A stretch of 64,000 nt of DNA from Syntrophaceae bacterium UBA6087 (GTDB taxonomy: Bacteria; Desulfobacterota; Desulfomonilia; UBA1062): contig DIXF01000012.1 in assembly GCA_002448235.1 (NCBI GenBank), forward strand, positions 34,608 through 98,607, given 5' to 3'. Positions 21,107-29,430 of this stretch are shown here, in pieces. The position numbers were made by a program, and so were the translations under genes. The notes under the pieces were generated by a model, which had not been told where the DNA came from, made no database searches, and saw nothing but the letters and a program-made list of their open reading frames with translations. Position 1 is the stretch's first letter. Every line of letters starts with the position of its first letter.

Positions 21107-23206
21107 TCAGGATATTTTACTTTTTTCATACCTTAGAACTGCATCGATACCATCCTCTATAGTAAAAGGAGGAGCCCAATCTAGCAATCTCTCTAATTTC
21201 GATGAATCGTAGATAACCTGTCTCTGTGATGAGGTAAGTCGATACCTTGTTAAAAATGGATTTCGTCCCATTATGCTTGTAAGTATCTCTTGGAATTGAA
21301 CAACTTTATATAGCAGAGCAAGTGGAATATATGAAACTGATGCACCCGGGTACAGTTTCTTTAATAACTTCTCAATATATGCCCCTTTAGTTAAGTTGCC
21401 TTTATCAATAATATTAAATATTTCACCGTCCCCTTTGTTTTTTTCTATTACTGTTTTTATTGCATGACAGAGATTATCTATAAAAACAAAGGGTAGGTTA
21501 AATCCTTCGTTGCCGATAACTGCAAATACCATTTCACCAAATGAGAACCCCATCATAGGTGTGAATATATCGCCTCCAGGGCCCAAAATTGTACCCGGTC
21601 GAAGACACACTATTGGTACTTTACCTTGTTCCATTGCACTCCTTATCAGTTCTTCAGCTTTAAGTTTTGCACATGTGTATACCCCCCTTTGTTCGGGGAA
21701 GCGTTCCAGGAGGGACTCTTCTTTGATAACCGTATTCTCTGCATAATCTGCTACCCCATATACACTACAGGAACTAATATAAACCAATTTTTTTACATTG
21801 TTTTGGATTGAAAGGTCTATCACATGCTGCGTACCCCGAATAGTATTGGTCTCGCTTTCTTCTTCTCGCCCTGTAGTATCGGCTGCAGCATGCACAACGA
21901 CATCGATCCCTTCGAAAGCTGGTTTCAGAGAATCGATGCTACCCACATCACCATAAAAGATCTCAACAGGAAACTTCTTAAGCTTTTCAATGTTTGACAA
22001 TTTACGTGCAAGAGCCCGAACTTCATAACCTTCATTTACAAGTGTTTCAACCAACTTCACACCAAGGAATCCAGTTGCACCTGTAACAAGAACTTTATAT
22101 TTGGCCTGGACCTTCCTTTTCTCACTTTCAAGCTTGATCGTTTCAAAACTTAACGCGGTGTTTTTTATTCTCGGCCAAATCTTGTCCATTGTTTCCAATA
22201 CCTTTAAGGCATCCTGTTTTTGTACAGGTTGTTGAGTATTGGACTTTATAGAATCGTAAAAACTATGAATGAGTATCTTCATCCCCTGATAGGGCTTAAG
22301 TTTACCAGTACCAAAATTCCATACATTCTTTATTGTGTTTATGGCAAGCTGCCAACTCTCGCTCAAATTATATGTAGCTTTTTGAGCAGCTTTGGGAAGA
22401 CTGCTAACAGGATGCATGGTCATTGTCATCGTATCGAAATTGACCTGAACCATCATTTTTGTCCCATAAAACCTTACAAAATGAAAATGAGGTTTTGCAG
22501 CAAATGAAAAGGTCAAGGTACCAAACGCCTTATCGCCCTTTATCAAGATGCGGAGTTCATCTGAGATATTCTGTGGTAGCTCACCAAAAGCCTTCTCCAT
22601 TACCTTGATATCGATAGAATCACCTAGGAAAGGAAGCATCACGTATAGAGGATGCGGCATAAAATCATGAAATACACCACCTGGAAGGCTGTATAACCAT
22701 GGCAGAACATCGGGTGCAGGATATCGCCTGAAGGCATCAATTTGCGAGTTGATTCCATAGTAGCTTTCTACATTAATTATCTTTCCTAGCTTGCCTGATT
22801 CTATTAGATCCCTAGCCTGTATCATACATGGATCAAAAAAATGGTTGTGCATGCTACATATCAGTAAACCTTTTTCTTCAGCCATATCAAAAAGCTTTTT
22901 GCCGTCTTCTAAATTAAGAGTCATTGGTTTTTCGATAAGTACATTGCATCCTGCATCTATAACCTCTGCTGCAAGAGAGAAATGAGTAAAGGGAGGAGTA
23001 ACAATGTGCACTACATCAGGTTTGACCTTTTGGATGAGATCGGAGATCTGTTTATAAGCATGGGGGATCTTGTATCTCTCAATGCACTGTCTTCCTTTAA
23101 ACTCGTCTTTATCAACAACACCAACGATCTCTGCACCTGGGTACATTTTTGCAAATTTAATATGATAATCTGAATTCAGTCCGCATCCTACAATAGCTAC
23201 TTTCAT
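21107..23206 (-). CDS. bifunctional Gfo/Idh/MocA oxidoreductase - NAD-dependent epimerase/dehydratase (SDR) fusion
   Basis: The N-terminus MKVAIVGCGLNSDYH...IEKPM is Gfo/Idh/MocA. The C-terminal half KVLVTGATGFLGVKLV...YxxxK-type is extended SDR. Paralog of 49333-51423. Confidence 0.8.
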   Translation of the reverse strand: MKVAIVGCGLNSDYHIKFAKMYPGAEIVGVVDKDEFKGRQCIERYKIPHAYKQISDLIQKVKPDVVHIVTPPFTHFSLAAEVIDAGCNVLIEKPMTLNLEDGKKLFDMAEEKGLLICSMHNHFFDPCMIQARDLIESGKLGKIINVESYYGINSQIDAFRRYPAPDVLPWLYSLPGGVFHDFMPHPLYVMLPFLGDSIDIKVMEKAFGELPQNISDELRILIKGDKAFGTLTFSFAAKPHFHFVRFYGTKMMVQVNFDTMTMTMHPVSSLPKAAQKATYNLSESWQLAINTIKNVWNFGTGKLKPYQGMKILIHSFYDSIKSNTQQPVQKQDALKVLETMDKIWPRIKNTALSFETIKLESEKRKVQAKYKVLVTGATGFLGVKLVETLVNEGYEVRALARKLSNIEKLKKFPVEIFYGDVGSIDSLKPAFEGIDVVVHAAADTTGREEESETNTIRGTQHVIDLSIQNNVKKLVYISSCSVYGVADYAENTVIKEESLLERFPEQRGVYTCAKLKAEELIRSAMEQGKVPIVCLRPGTILGPGGDIFTPMMGFSFGEMVFAVIGNEGFNLPFVFIDNLCHAIKTVIEKNKGDGEIFNIIDKGNLTKGAYIEKLLKKLYPGASVSYIPLALLYKVVQFQEILTSIMGRNPFLTRYRLTSSQRQVIYDSSKLERLLDWAPPFTIEDGIDAVLRYEKSKIS

Positions 23207-23264
23207 TAACTACCTCCTAGCTTTTTTAAAATCATGAATTAGATATTATACCTTTATATATCGA

Positions 23265-23339
23265 AGAAGTGACACAGGAAAGTCGAACAGTTCGATAAGG
23301 GGGTCTTGTTCAAAAGGGACTCATGAAATATGATTGAAG
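23265..23339 (+). repeat. divergent IS3-family terminal repeat (copy B) with vestigial orfA start
   Basis: Gap-free alignment to the reverse complement of 20112-20186 gives 58 of 75 identities (hand-aligned). A GAAGG-ATG follows at about 23354 and terminates after 5 codons. Confidence 0.55.
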
Positions 23340-23457
23340 AGGGGAAAAGAAGGATGGCATTAACAAAGTAGTTCGACATTCAGCCAAGATATCATAGAGG
23401 TGGCTCCGGTTGTTGAGACAGGGAATGGCGATTTATAAGTGGGTCTTGCCATTCCCA

Positions 23458-23607
23458 TTATGCCGCATCGGGCAGGTACTCCCGATAAATCTCATCCGGG
23501 GTTGATCTGTCAAGTTTAGAGTGCGGCCTGTGATGATTGTAAACAGTCAGATAGCGCTCCAATCCTCTTCTGGCTTCACTGACGCTGTCATAGGCGTGGG
23601 TAGTGTC
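23458..23607 (-). pseudogene. IS3-family OrfB C-terminal remnant
   Basis: My manual translation gives ...PDTTHAYDSVSEARRGLERYLTVYNHHRPHSKLDRSTPDEIYREYLPDAA*, the typical end of an rve-domain IS3 transposase. An in-frame stop lies just upstream. Confidence 0.7.
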
Positions 23608-23651
23608 TGGAATTTAGTGTAAATGGCCAACGACTCTGATAGGAGGGAGTT

Positions 23652-23948
23652 ATGGCCATTAAAGATGAGTTGATTGAGGAGTTGATGAAGGGCTATGAGA
23701 AGCCCGAGGATCTGATTGGCGAGAACGGGCTTCTCAAGGATTTGACGAAGAGGCTTTTGGAGAAGGCGCTGCAAGGGGAGCTCACCCACCACTTGGGGTA
23801 CCCCAAGTGGTCGCCGGCCGGAAAGAACACCGGCAATTCTCGGAACGGCAAGAACAAGAAGACGCTCAAGGGCGAGTTCGGGGAGATGGAGATCGAGGTT
23901 CCCCGGGACCGCAACGGTGAGTTCGAGCCGACGATCATTCCGAAGGGG
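23652..23948 (+). pseudogene. IS256-family transposase N-terminal fragment
   Basis: ELIEELMKGYEKPEDLIGENGLLKDLTKRLLEKALQGELTHHLGY...NSRNGKNKKTLKGEFGEMEIEVPRDRNGEFEP is the conserved IS256 (mutator-type) N-terminus. It is truncated after about 99 aa at the junction with IS3 orfB. Confidence 0.75.
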
Positions 23949-24250
23949 TAGACTTTATGAGCAGGGTGACGCTTGCTGGTATTGGGCTTACAGTAAAGGG
24001 CATGGATGCCCATCTTCTTCATCAGAGTGCTTGTGTGACGACGACCGATCTTATGCCCTTCACGTCTGAGCATATCCCTTAACATCCTAGCCCCGGCAAA
24101 GGGATGATCAAGGTGCAGCTCATCAATCTTGCGCATCAGAACAAGATCGGAAGACGTAGCCGGCCGTGGCAGGTAATATACGCTCGAACGCGGTAGCTTC
24201 AAGGTGCGGCACTGTTTCGCTACCGGCATTTTGTGGCTGGGATTTATCAT
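23945..24250 (-). pseudogene. IS3-family OrfB N-terminal remnant
   Basis: MINPSHKMPVAKQCRTLKLPRSSVYY...HLDHPFAGARMLRDMLRREGHKIGRRH...AHKVYP is genuine for about 102 aa and then runs into the antisense of the IS256 fragment. The start overlaps the orfA stop (AAAATGA, -1 frame). Confidence 0.72.
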
Positions 24251-24543
24251 TTTCTTGCGCTCAATCGACCCACTTTGATGAGCGCATGCTCTAAAAAATC
24301 ATTCTCAAGCGTCAGCTCTCCAATCTTGGCGTGCAGATCCTTTAAGTCCGGCTCCTTGTCCTTCTTAGAACCGTCAAAGACCGTAGATGCACCATCGAGC
24401 ATCTGTTGCTTCCAGTCCGATATCTGGTTGGGGTGTACATCAAACTGCTCAGCTAACTCTACGAGCGTTTTATCCCCCCTGATTGCTGCTAATGCCACTT
24501 TCGCCTTGAAACTTGCTGAGTGATTCCGTCGCTTCCTCTTCAT
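24247..24543 (-). CDS. IS3-family transposase OrfA (HTH)
   Basis: RRNHSASFKAKVALAAIRGDKTLVELAEQFDVHPNQISDWKQQ is the IS3/IS911 OrfA HTH pattern followed by a leucine-zipper-like tail. Confidence 0.85.
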   Translation of the reverse strand: MKRKRRNHSASFKAKVALAAIRGDKTLVELAEQFDVHPNQISDWKQQMLDGASTVFDGSKKDKEPDLKDLHAKIGELTLENDFLEHALIKVGRLSARK

Positions 24544-24757
24544 GCTCTTGCTCCTTTCTTTGACCGTATTTCATCAGTCGCTTTTGAGCAAGACCCACTT
24601 ATAGACCTGTCCGAATTTGCGGTGCCACTTCTCTAGGAGTCGGTCACTATAAACTCTCTCAAGCTAAATGGATCAATTACATAGTTCAGGCTCAAACATC
24701 TGATAGCACACAATCTGATCAGACATATTCCCATAATGTTCTGCATATAGCCCTCGA

Positions 24758-25669
24758 TTAGGGTTTAATAGTAACCTCTACACTTGAAGGAATGGCTGGG
24801 GCTTTATTGTCAGCAGGAGTAGATCCTATCGTGCTAAATAATGGTCCAATATATCCGGTATTGTTGATTGCAATATCATCAAAATCGACATAAGCAGGTG
24901 AACCTATTCCAACAGTATTTGCTGGTGAGTGTTGGTTAATTGACAAACCGAATTTTGTCCATCCCTGAGATCTTACTGTGGCATTACCACCGCTCCAATT
25001 CATAGTTGAACTAGATACTTGTTTTACTCCATCAATCCAAAGCTCCCCGACACCATTGGATGAGTTTGTGTCCATCTTAGCATGAAATTCCCAACAATGC
25101 CAAGAACCATCGGACTTACCATTCGGGAATAGTGATTCCCAAACATTGCCTGAACTTGTAGGTATAGTTGAATCGTAATTCGACCAAGCATTTACACGGC
25201 CCGAACCTCCCGTATGCCCCCATTCAAAACCGCCATTTGCCCCTGAAGAACTATATAAATATACAACTTTATGGTAATATGGAGATCCACCTTGCCACGC
25301 AAAACCTATCTGATATCGTATATAAAATCTGCACCAAATTTCCTTCTGAGGGGTATTGAATACAAAACCATAGACATCCGAATTATTATTATTACCATCA
25401 TTTAACCAAACTCTCCACCCGTTACCCCCATTACCAGCACTATAATTAGCAGAAGAGGTTATCTGATTATGAAGATTTGTATTACTCCACATTATTGCTT
25501 CCAAACCATCACAATTTGGTTTTATAATTGATGGATAATTCTCTGTCCATGTATTGCAATTAAATGTTGTTTTTTGTGGCAAATCAATCCCAGCATTAGC
25601 AACCCCGCTGAAAGTTAAAATTATAAGGCTTAATAAAATTACACTCATTATATTTTTAGATTTTTTCAT
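24758..25669 (-). CDS. secreted jelly-roll-like protein (AT-rich-cluster member of the family at 45137 and 46075)
   Basis: Signal peptide MKKSKNIMSVILLSLIILTFSGVANA. Blocks EIWCRFYIRY, DGSWHCWEFHAKM, ELWIDGVKQV and VDFDDIAI are collinear with YVSFWMRYP, DGKWHRYEFYIKF, KFWYDGALKV and VDDYEVWDG of the other two genes. GGAGG RBS. Confidence 0.7.
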   Translation of the reverse strand: MKKSKNIMSVILLSLIILTFSGVANAGIDLPQKTTFNCNTWTENYPSIIKPNCDGLEAIMWSNTNLHNQITSSANYSAGNGGNGWRVWLNDGNNNNSDVYGFVFNTPQKEIWCRFYIRYQIGFAWQGGSPYYHKVVYLYSSSGANGGFEWGHTGGSGRVNAWSNYDSTIPTSSGNVWESLFPNGKSDGSWHCWEFHAKMDTNSSNGVGELWIDGVKQVSSSTMNWSGGNATVRSQGWTKFGLSINQHSPANTVGIGSPAYVDFDDIAINNTGYIGPLFSTIGSTPADNKAPAIPSSVEVTIKP

Positions 25670-25709
25670 TCTTTTATCCTCCTAAACATACTTATCACTT
25701 TTAAATATA

Positions 25710-25725
25710 AGCAACCTACATGCCA
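25710..25725 (-). promoter_or_regulatory. sigma-54 (-24/-12) promoter
   Basis: The minus strand reads TGGCATGTAGGTTGCT, with GG and GC in canonical spacing. The TTGC lies 42 nt upstream of the ATG at 25669. Confidence 0.65.
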
Positions 25726-25990
25726 ACTAATCATTCAATTTATGTGCACCATGTGTAAACAGACTACTTTGCTTGTTATAACTGGATTCTAATCATTTTA
25801 GTCAACAAATTCTCATTTTAAATTAAATATGCTTAATATCATTTTATATTTCCTTAATTATATGGTTATTTAATAACTTACTGATATTATGTCTCAATTC
25901 ACCCTGAAAACAATCTATGGTAGGTTTTCCTCGTTGCATAATAAAGTAATAATAATTTCAAAAGTGTAATCGGTATTGAATATTATATTC

Positions 25991-27016
25991 CTATGTACGA
26001 TTTAGAGAAGCTTTAAGACCACTCTCTTGGCCTGCAATAATTGACTGAAATATTCTAAACCAAAACATCGAATGTGTGTTGCTACTGGATTCATGTATAT
26101 CAATTCTATTTAGCAGAAATGGATTAGTTCTCTTTCCTACATAACCTAGTCGCGTTGTAACAGCTCCTTCGTATCCGCCCTTGGCCACTAGTGTCATTGA
26201 TTCTTCATCCCAGGTTCCATTTGGATAACTGAAAATAGGTATAGCATGTACCCCCTTTTCATAAAGCATTTGGAGAGGAGTTAAGATCTCTTCTCTTTTC
26301 ACGTCGCGATTGAGTGTAGGTAGTATGAAGTGATTTGACCCATGTGGAGCAAAGGTTATTCCAGACCGTTCCATTTCACTTATATGTTCCCATGAAATGA
26401 TTGCTTGGGCATGGCCATTCTTTATTCCCATTATGCAATAAGCTGCAGAGATAATTCCTTCTAAGGAGTTTGAGGGTAGACTTTTCATATGAGCTATCAA
26501 GCTACCAATACAATTATTTGTAAGAGTTTCGGGATTCCAACTAGGGAATAACCTATTAAAGTATTGAATAAAATCAGACTGACTTTTCTTTTCGATCATA
26601 ACATTTGCAAGAGTAATCAGATTATCAAACCAAAAAGGATTTTTTTTACCAATCAACCCTGTGGACAAAAATACAGTTGCAGGCACTTTTAATCTTTTAA
26701 GAATTGGAAAAGCAATTTCATAGGTGTCAATCCAACCATCATCAAAAGTAATAGCACATAATCCATTTTTCTTGTTCATATTCTGCGTAAGTGTCAGTAA
26801 GGGTACAATCTCATATAATTTTCTAACCTGTTCCAGGTGCATTGCTAGGGTAGATGCCCGGACTACTAAACCCGGTTCATAAAAACCACTGGGAAGGGAT
26901 GGTAATACTCTGTGATACAAAAGAATAAGATTAGCATTTCGAGGCAAACAATATTCAAAATAAGTACGTTTTAAAACAAACCCTAATATATTTTTTAGCA
27001 TTTTTTTTGATAGCAT
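25991..27016 (-). CDS. polysaccharide deacetylase family protein
   Basis: ITFDDGWIDTYEIAFPILKRLKVPATVFLSTG NodB-type motif. Paralog of 57951-59135. Confidence 0.82.
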   Translation of the reverse strand: MLSKKMLKNILGFVLKRTYFEYCLPRNANLILLYHRVLPSLPSGFYEPGLVVRASTLAMHLEQVRKLYEIVPLLTLTQNMNKKNGLCAITFDDGWIDTYEIAFPILKRLKVPATVFLSTGLIGKKNPFWFDNLITLANVMIEKKSQSDFIQYFNRLFPSWNPETLTNNCIGSLIAHMKSLPSNSLEGIISAAYCIMGIKNGHAQAIISWEHISEMERSGITFAPHGSNHFILPTLNRDVKREEILTPLQMLYEKGVHAIPIFSYPNGTWDEESMTLVAKGGYEGAVTTRLGYVGKRTNPFLLNRIDIHESSSNTHSMFWFRIFQSIIAGQESGLKASLNRT

Positions 27017-27034
27017 ATGAAGGCACCTATTCTT

Positions 27035-28177
27035 TTAAGAAGATAAGAAATACTGGCCATAGAAGATCGATCTGAATAGACGCTCGTATTCCCCCACCTT
27101 TTTGTCGAGAGAATAGTTTTGAATGACAAATAACCTGCCATCCTTAGAGAAACGATCTCTCAATTTGCTATCATTTAAAACCAGGAGTAATGTATCAGTC
27201 AACTTTCTTTCATCATTGAGAGGAAAAAGAAGACCGTTTACATCATGTTCAACTACTTCGCTTATTCCTAGCACATCGGAACCTACTACCGGCACACCAC
27301 AAGCCATCCCTTCCAATATCGTTAGGGGAAGGCCTTCATATTGGGAAGGCAAACAAATTATATCAAGGATACTAAGTAACTCTGGGATATCCTCTCGTTG
27401 GCCAAGAAAATGAATTTTATCAGATACGCTCGTTTGATTAGCAAAACTTTGAATCTCTCCATTCATGCAGTCTAACCCAATTAAGATTAGCCTTACATCC
27501 TTCATCACCTTCACCACATTTACGAAAGCTGAAATAAGGAGTTTGTGATTTTTTTCAGGTCTTAGGTTTGCAACCATACCAATTGTTTTCTCATGTAACT
27601 GCAATCCAATATCTTGTTTAATTTTGCTCTCTACTTTTTTCTTATAAATATCTAAATCTACGCCATTGGAAATCTGACATATTTTTATAGGGTTTATTCT
27701 TAATCTGTGTAAATAATAATCCTCAATTTGCTTAGATATTGCAACGAGAGCATCAGATTTTCTAAGCATAATAATATTTAGTATCTTCTTGGCTATTGGA
27801 AGCTGTTCCAGTTGCCATCGAGAATGTTCAGTATAAATAAGCTTTATCGATGTTCCAATTGTTGCGATAAAAGAATAGATAAAAGGGTAATAATGATGAG
27901 CGTTTATAATGTCAATTTTTTCTTTGTTTAAAATTTTCCTGAATCGTTGATAAAAATTTATATCATTTTTTTTCTTTTTTAACAAAACATGGACCTTTAT
28001 TCCTATCTCTTCATATAAATACCGAACAGGGCCATCTTCAAAACTTATAATAATAACTGAGAAATGTTTCCGATCAAGCTTCCTTGCAATGTCATATACA
28101 ACATGTTCAGATCCACCCATACCAATAAGTGTCCATGATACAAATGCAACCACTATTTTTTCATCAGACATTTTCAT
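27035..28177 (-). CDS. glycosyltransferase family 4
   Basis: LPSQYEGLPLTILEGMACGVPVVGSDVLGISEVVEHDVNGLLF, the EX7E GT-B motif. Confidence 0.85.
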   Translation of the reverse strand: MKMSDEKIVVAFVSWTLIGMGGSEHVVYDIARKLDRKHFSVIIISFEDGPVRYLYEEIGIKVHVLLKKKKNDINFYQRFRKILNKEKIDIINAHHYYPFIYSFIATIGTSIKLIYTEHSRWQLEQLPIAKKILNIIMLRKSDALVAISKQIEDYYLHRLRINPIKICQISNGVDLDIYKKKVESKIKQDIGLQLHEKTIGMVANLRPEKNHKLLISAFVNVVKVMKDVRLILIGLDCMNGEIQSFANQTSVSDKIHFLGQREDIPELLSILDIICLPSQYEGLPLTILEGMACGVPVVGSDVLGISEVVEHDVNGLLFPLNDERKLTDTLLLVLNDSKLRDRFSKDGRLFVIQNYSLDKKVGEYERLFRSIFYGQYFLSS

Positions 28178-28247
28178 TTGTTGTTTAGAAACTCCAATTA
28201 TTAATTCTTAAGAGTTTAAGGATCGCTTCTAGTAAATAGAGCTATCT

Positions 28248-29357
28248 CTACTCTTCGAATAAATCTGCTTCCCATGCATCACCGTCCGCCTCGCTATAGG
28301 TGAGATACCAATTCTGAATATTAGAAATGTATCCCGTCGAGTATTGCTTTTCCCAATTTGAAACCATAAACGGCTGTGTAGTTTTTGACCTTATAAATCC
28401 TAATTTTTTAATTTCTCTAATAAATAGAGGATACGTACACATGATTTCAATATGTGAAGATTTAAATTTATTAAGGTATTCAATACATTTGCATATTAAA
28501 GCCTGAAATACTTTCGGCTTTGATGGATCAACCAAAATATCAAGTATTGTCCCCCTGACGTAACCATTATGATTATCCTTTTTCATAACAACATACCCAG
28601 ACAGAATGCCATCTGCGTCATAAGCTATAAATTTCTTATACTTATTAAAAGGCTTTGAAATGAATTTCCAGTTAAGGTATTTTTGGTCTCTTGTAACTAT
28701 GATTCCAAAATGATTTGATATTGAATTAAAAAAAGCATGGATGTCTTCGCCGAATTTGTTGACTTCAACTATTTTAATATCTTTGAAAGTATAAAACTTT
28801 AATATATTAAGCGGAATATTCAAAATGCATAGTCCTATTTTTATTAACCTTGAAAGGATAGTAGACAACATATTGTTCGCCGATTTCCGCTTAATGAAAG
28901 GATATGGATCAAATATCTTCAAGAATGGATTAAATCCTTGAACATCCTTCCAGCCACTCTTCAAATACAGATAATGATTATGTTCATTGAACCATATTGC
29001 TCCAGCTAGGCCACTCGATTGACCCTTAATCCCTTGAAGAAGAATCTTTCCAAGGCCCTTACCCCTATATTGCTTTGCTAAATAGGTATCATGCGACATG
29101 TATCCACGTTTAGCTTTCCCTTGGATGGTAAAATCCAAAGGCATATAACCAACCATTCCGATAACCTTATTTTTCTCTAATAATAAATAATATGGACTAT
29201 CATCTTCTATGCATGGGTTGTGTTCAGTTAGCCATGTGAACAGGAGTTCTCTGTTGCCCATTTGTTCTGAATCATATATTTCTTTCCAAAGTTCCTTTAC
29301 ATCTTCAAGATATATTTTACTATATTTTACTACTTGGAATGATTCTTCATTTTTCAT
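28248..29357 (-). CDS. GNAT-family N-acetyltransferase with C-terminal extension
   Basis: YLAKQYRGKGLGKILL acetyl-CoA-binding motif. Same two-part architecture as 56765-57910. Confidence 0.7.
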   Translation of the reverse strand: MKNEESFQVVKYSKIYLEDVKELWKEIYDSEQMGNRELLFTWLTEHNPCIEDDSPYYLLLEKNKVIGMVGYMPLDFTIQGKAKRGYMSHDTYLAKQYRGKGLGKILLQGIKGQSSGLAGAIWFNEHNHYLYLKSGWKDVQGFNPFLKIFDPYPFIKRKSANNMLSTILSRLIKIGLCILNIPLNILKFYTFKDIKIVEVNKFGEDIHAFFNSISNHFGIIVTRDQKYLNWKFISKPFNKYKKFIAYDADGILSGYVVMKKDNHNGYVRGTILDILVDPSKPKVFQALICKCIEYLNKFKSSHIEIMCTYPLFIREIKKLGFIRSKTTQPFMVSNWEKQYSTGYISNIQNWYLTYSEADGDAWEADLFEE

Positions 29358-29430
29358 TATTATCGCCTTCTATCAATGAATCTAAGAAACCTTCCCTTCT
29401 TCAGTATGCTATTAATTCAATCAGTTTTTG

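Larger units (their letters stand above)
23396..24632 (-). mobile_element. decayed IS3-family insertion sequence carrying an IS256-family fragment
   Basis: Imperfect terminal inverted repeats AGAGGTGGCTCCGG... (23396-) and ...CCGGTGCCACTTCT (to 24632). orfA is intact. orfB is split into N- and C-terminal remnants with an IS256-type transposase N-terminus in between. Confidence 0.78.

Noticed and set aside
23652-23951. 99-aa ORF as a functional IS256-type transposase
   Set aside because: It contains only the conserved N-terminal region and stops where it abuts the IS3 orfB remnant. The DDE catalytic core is absent.
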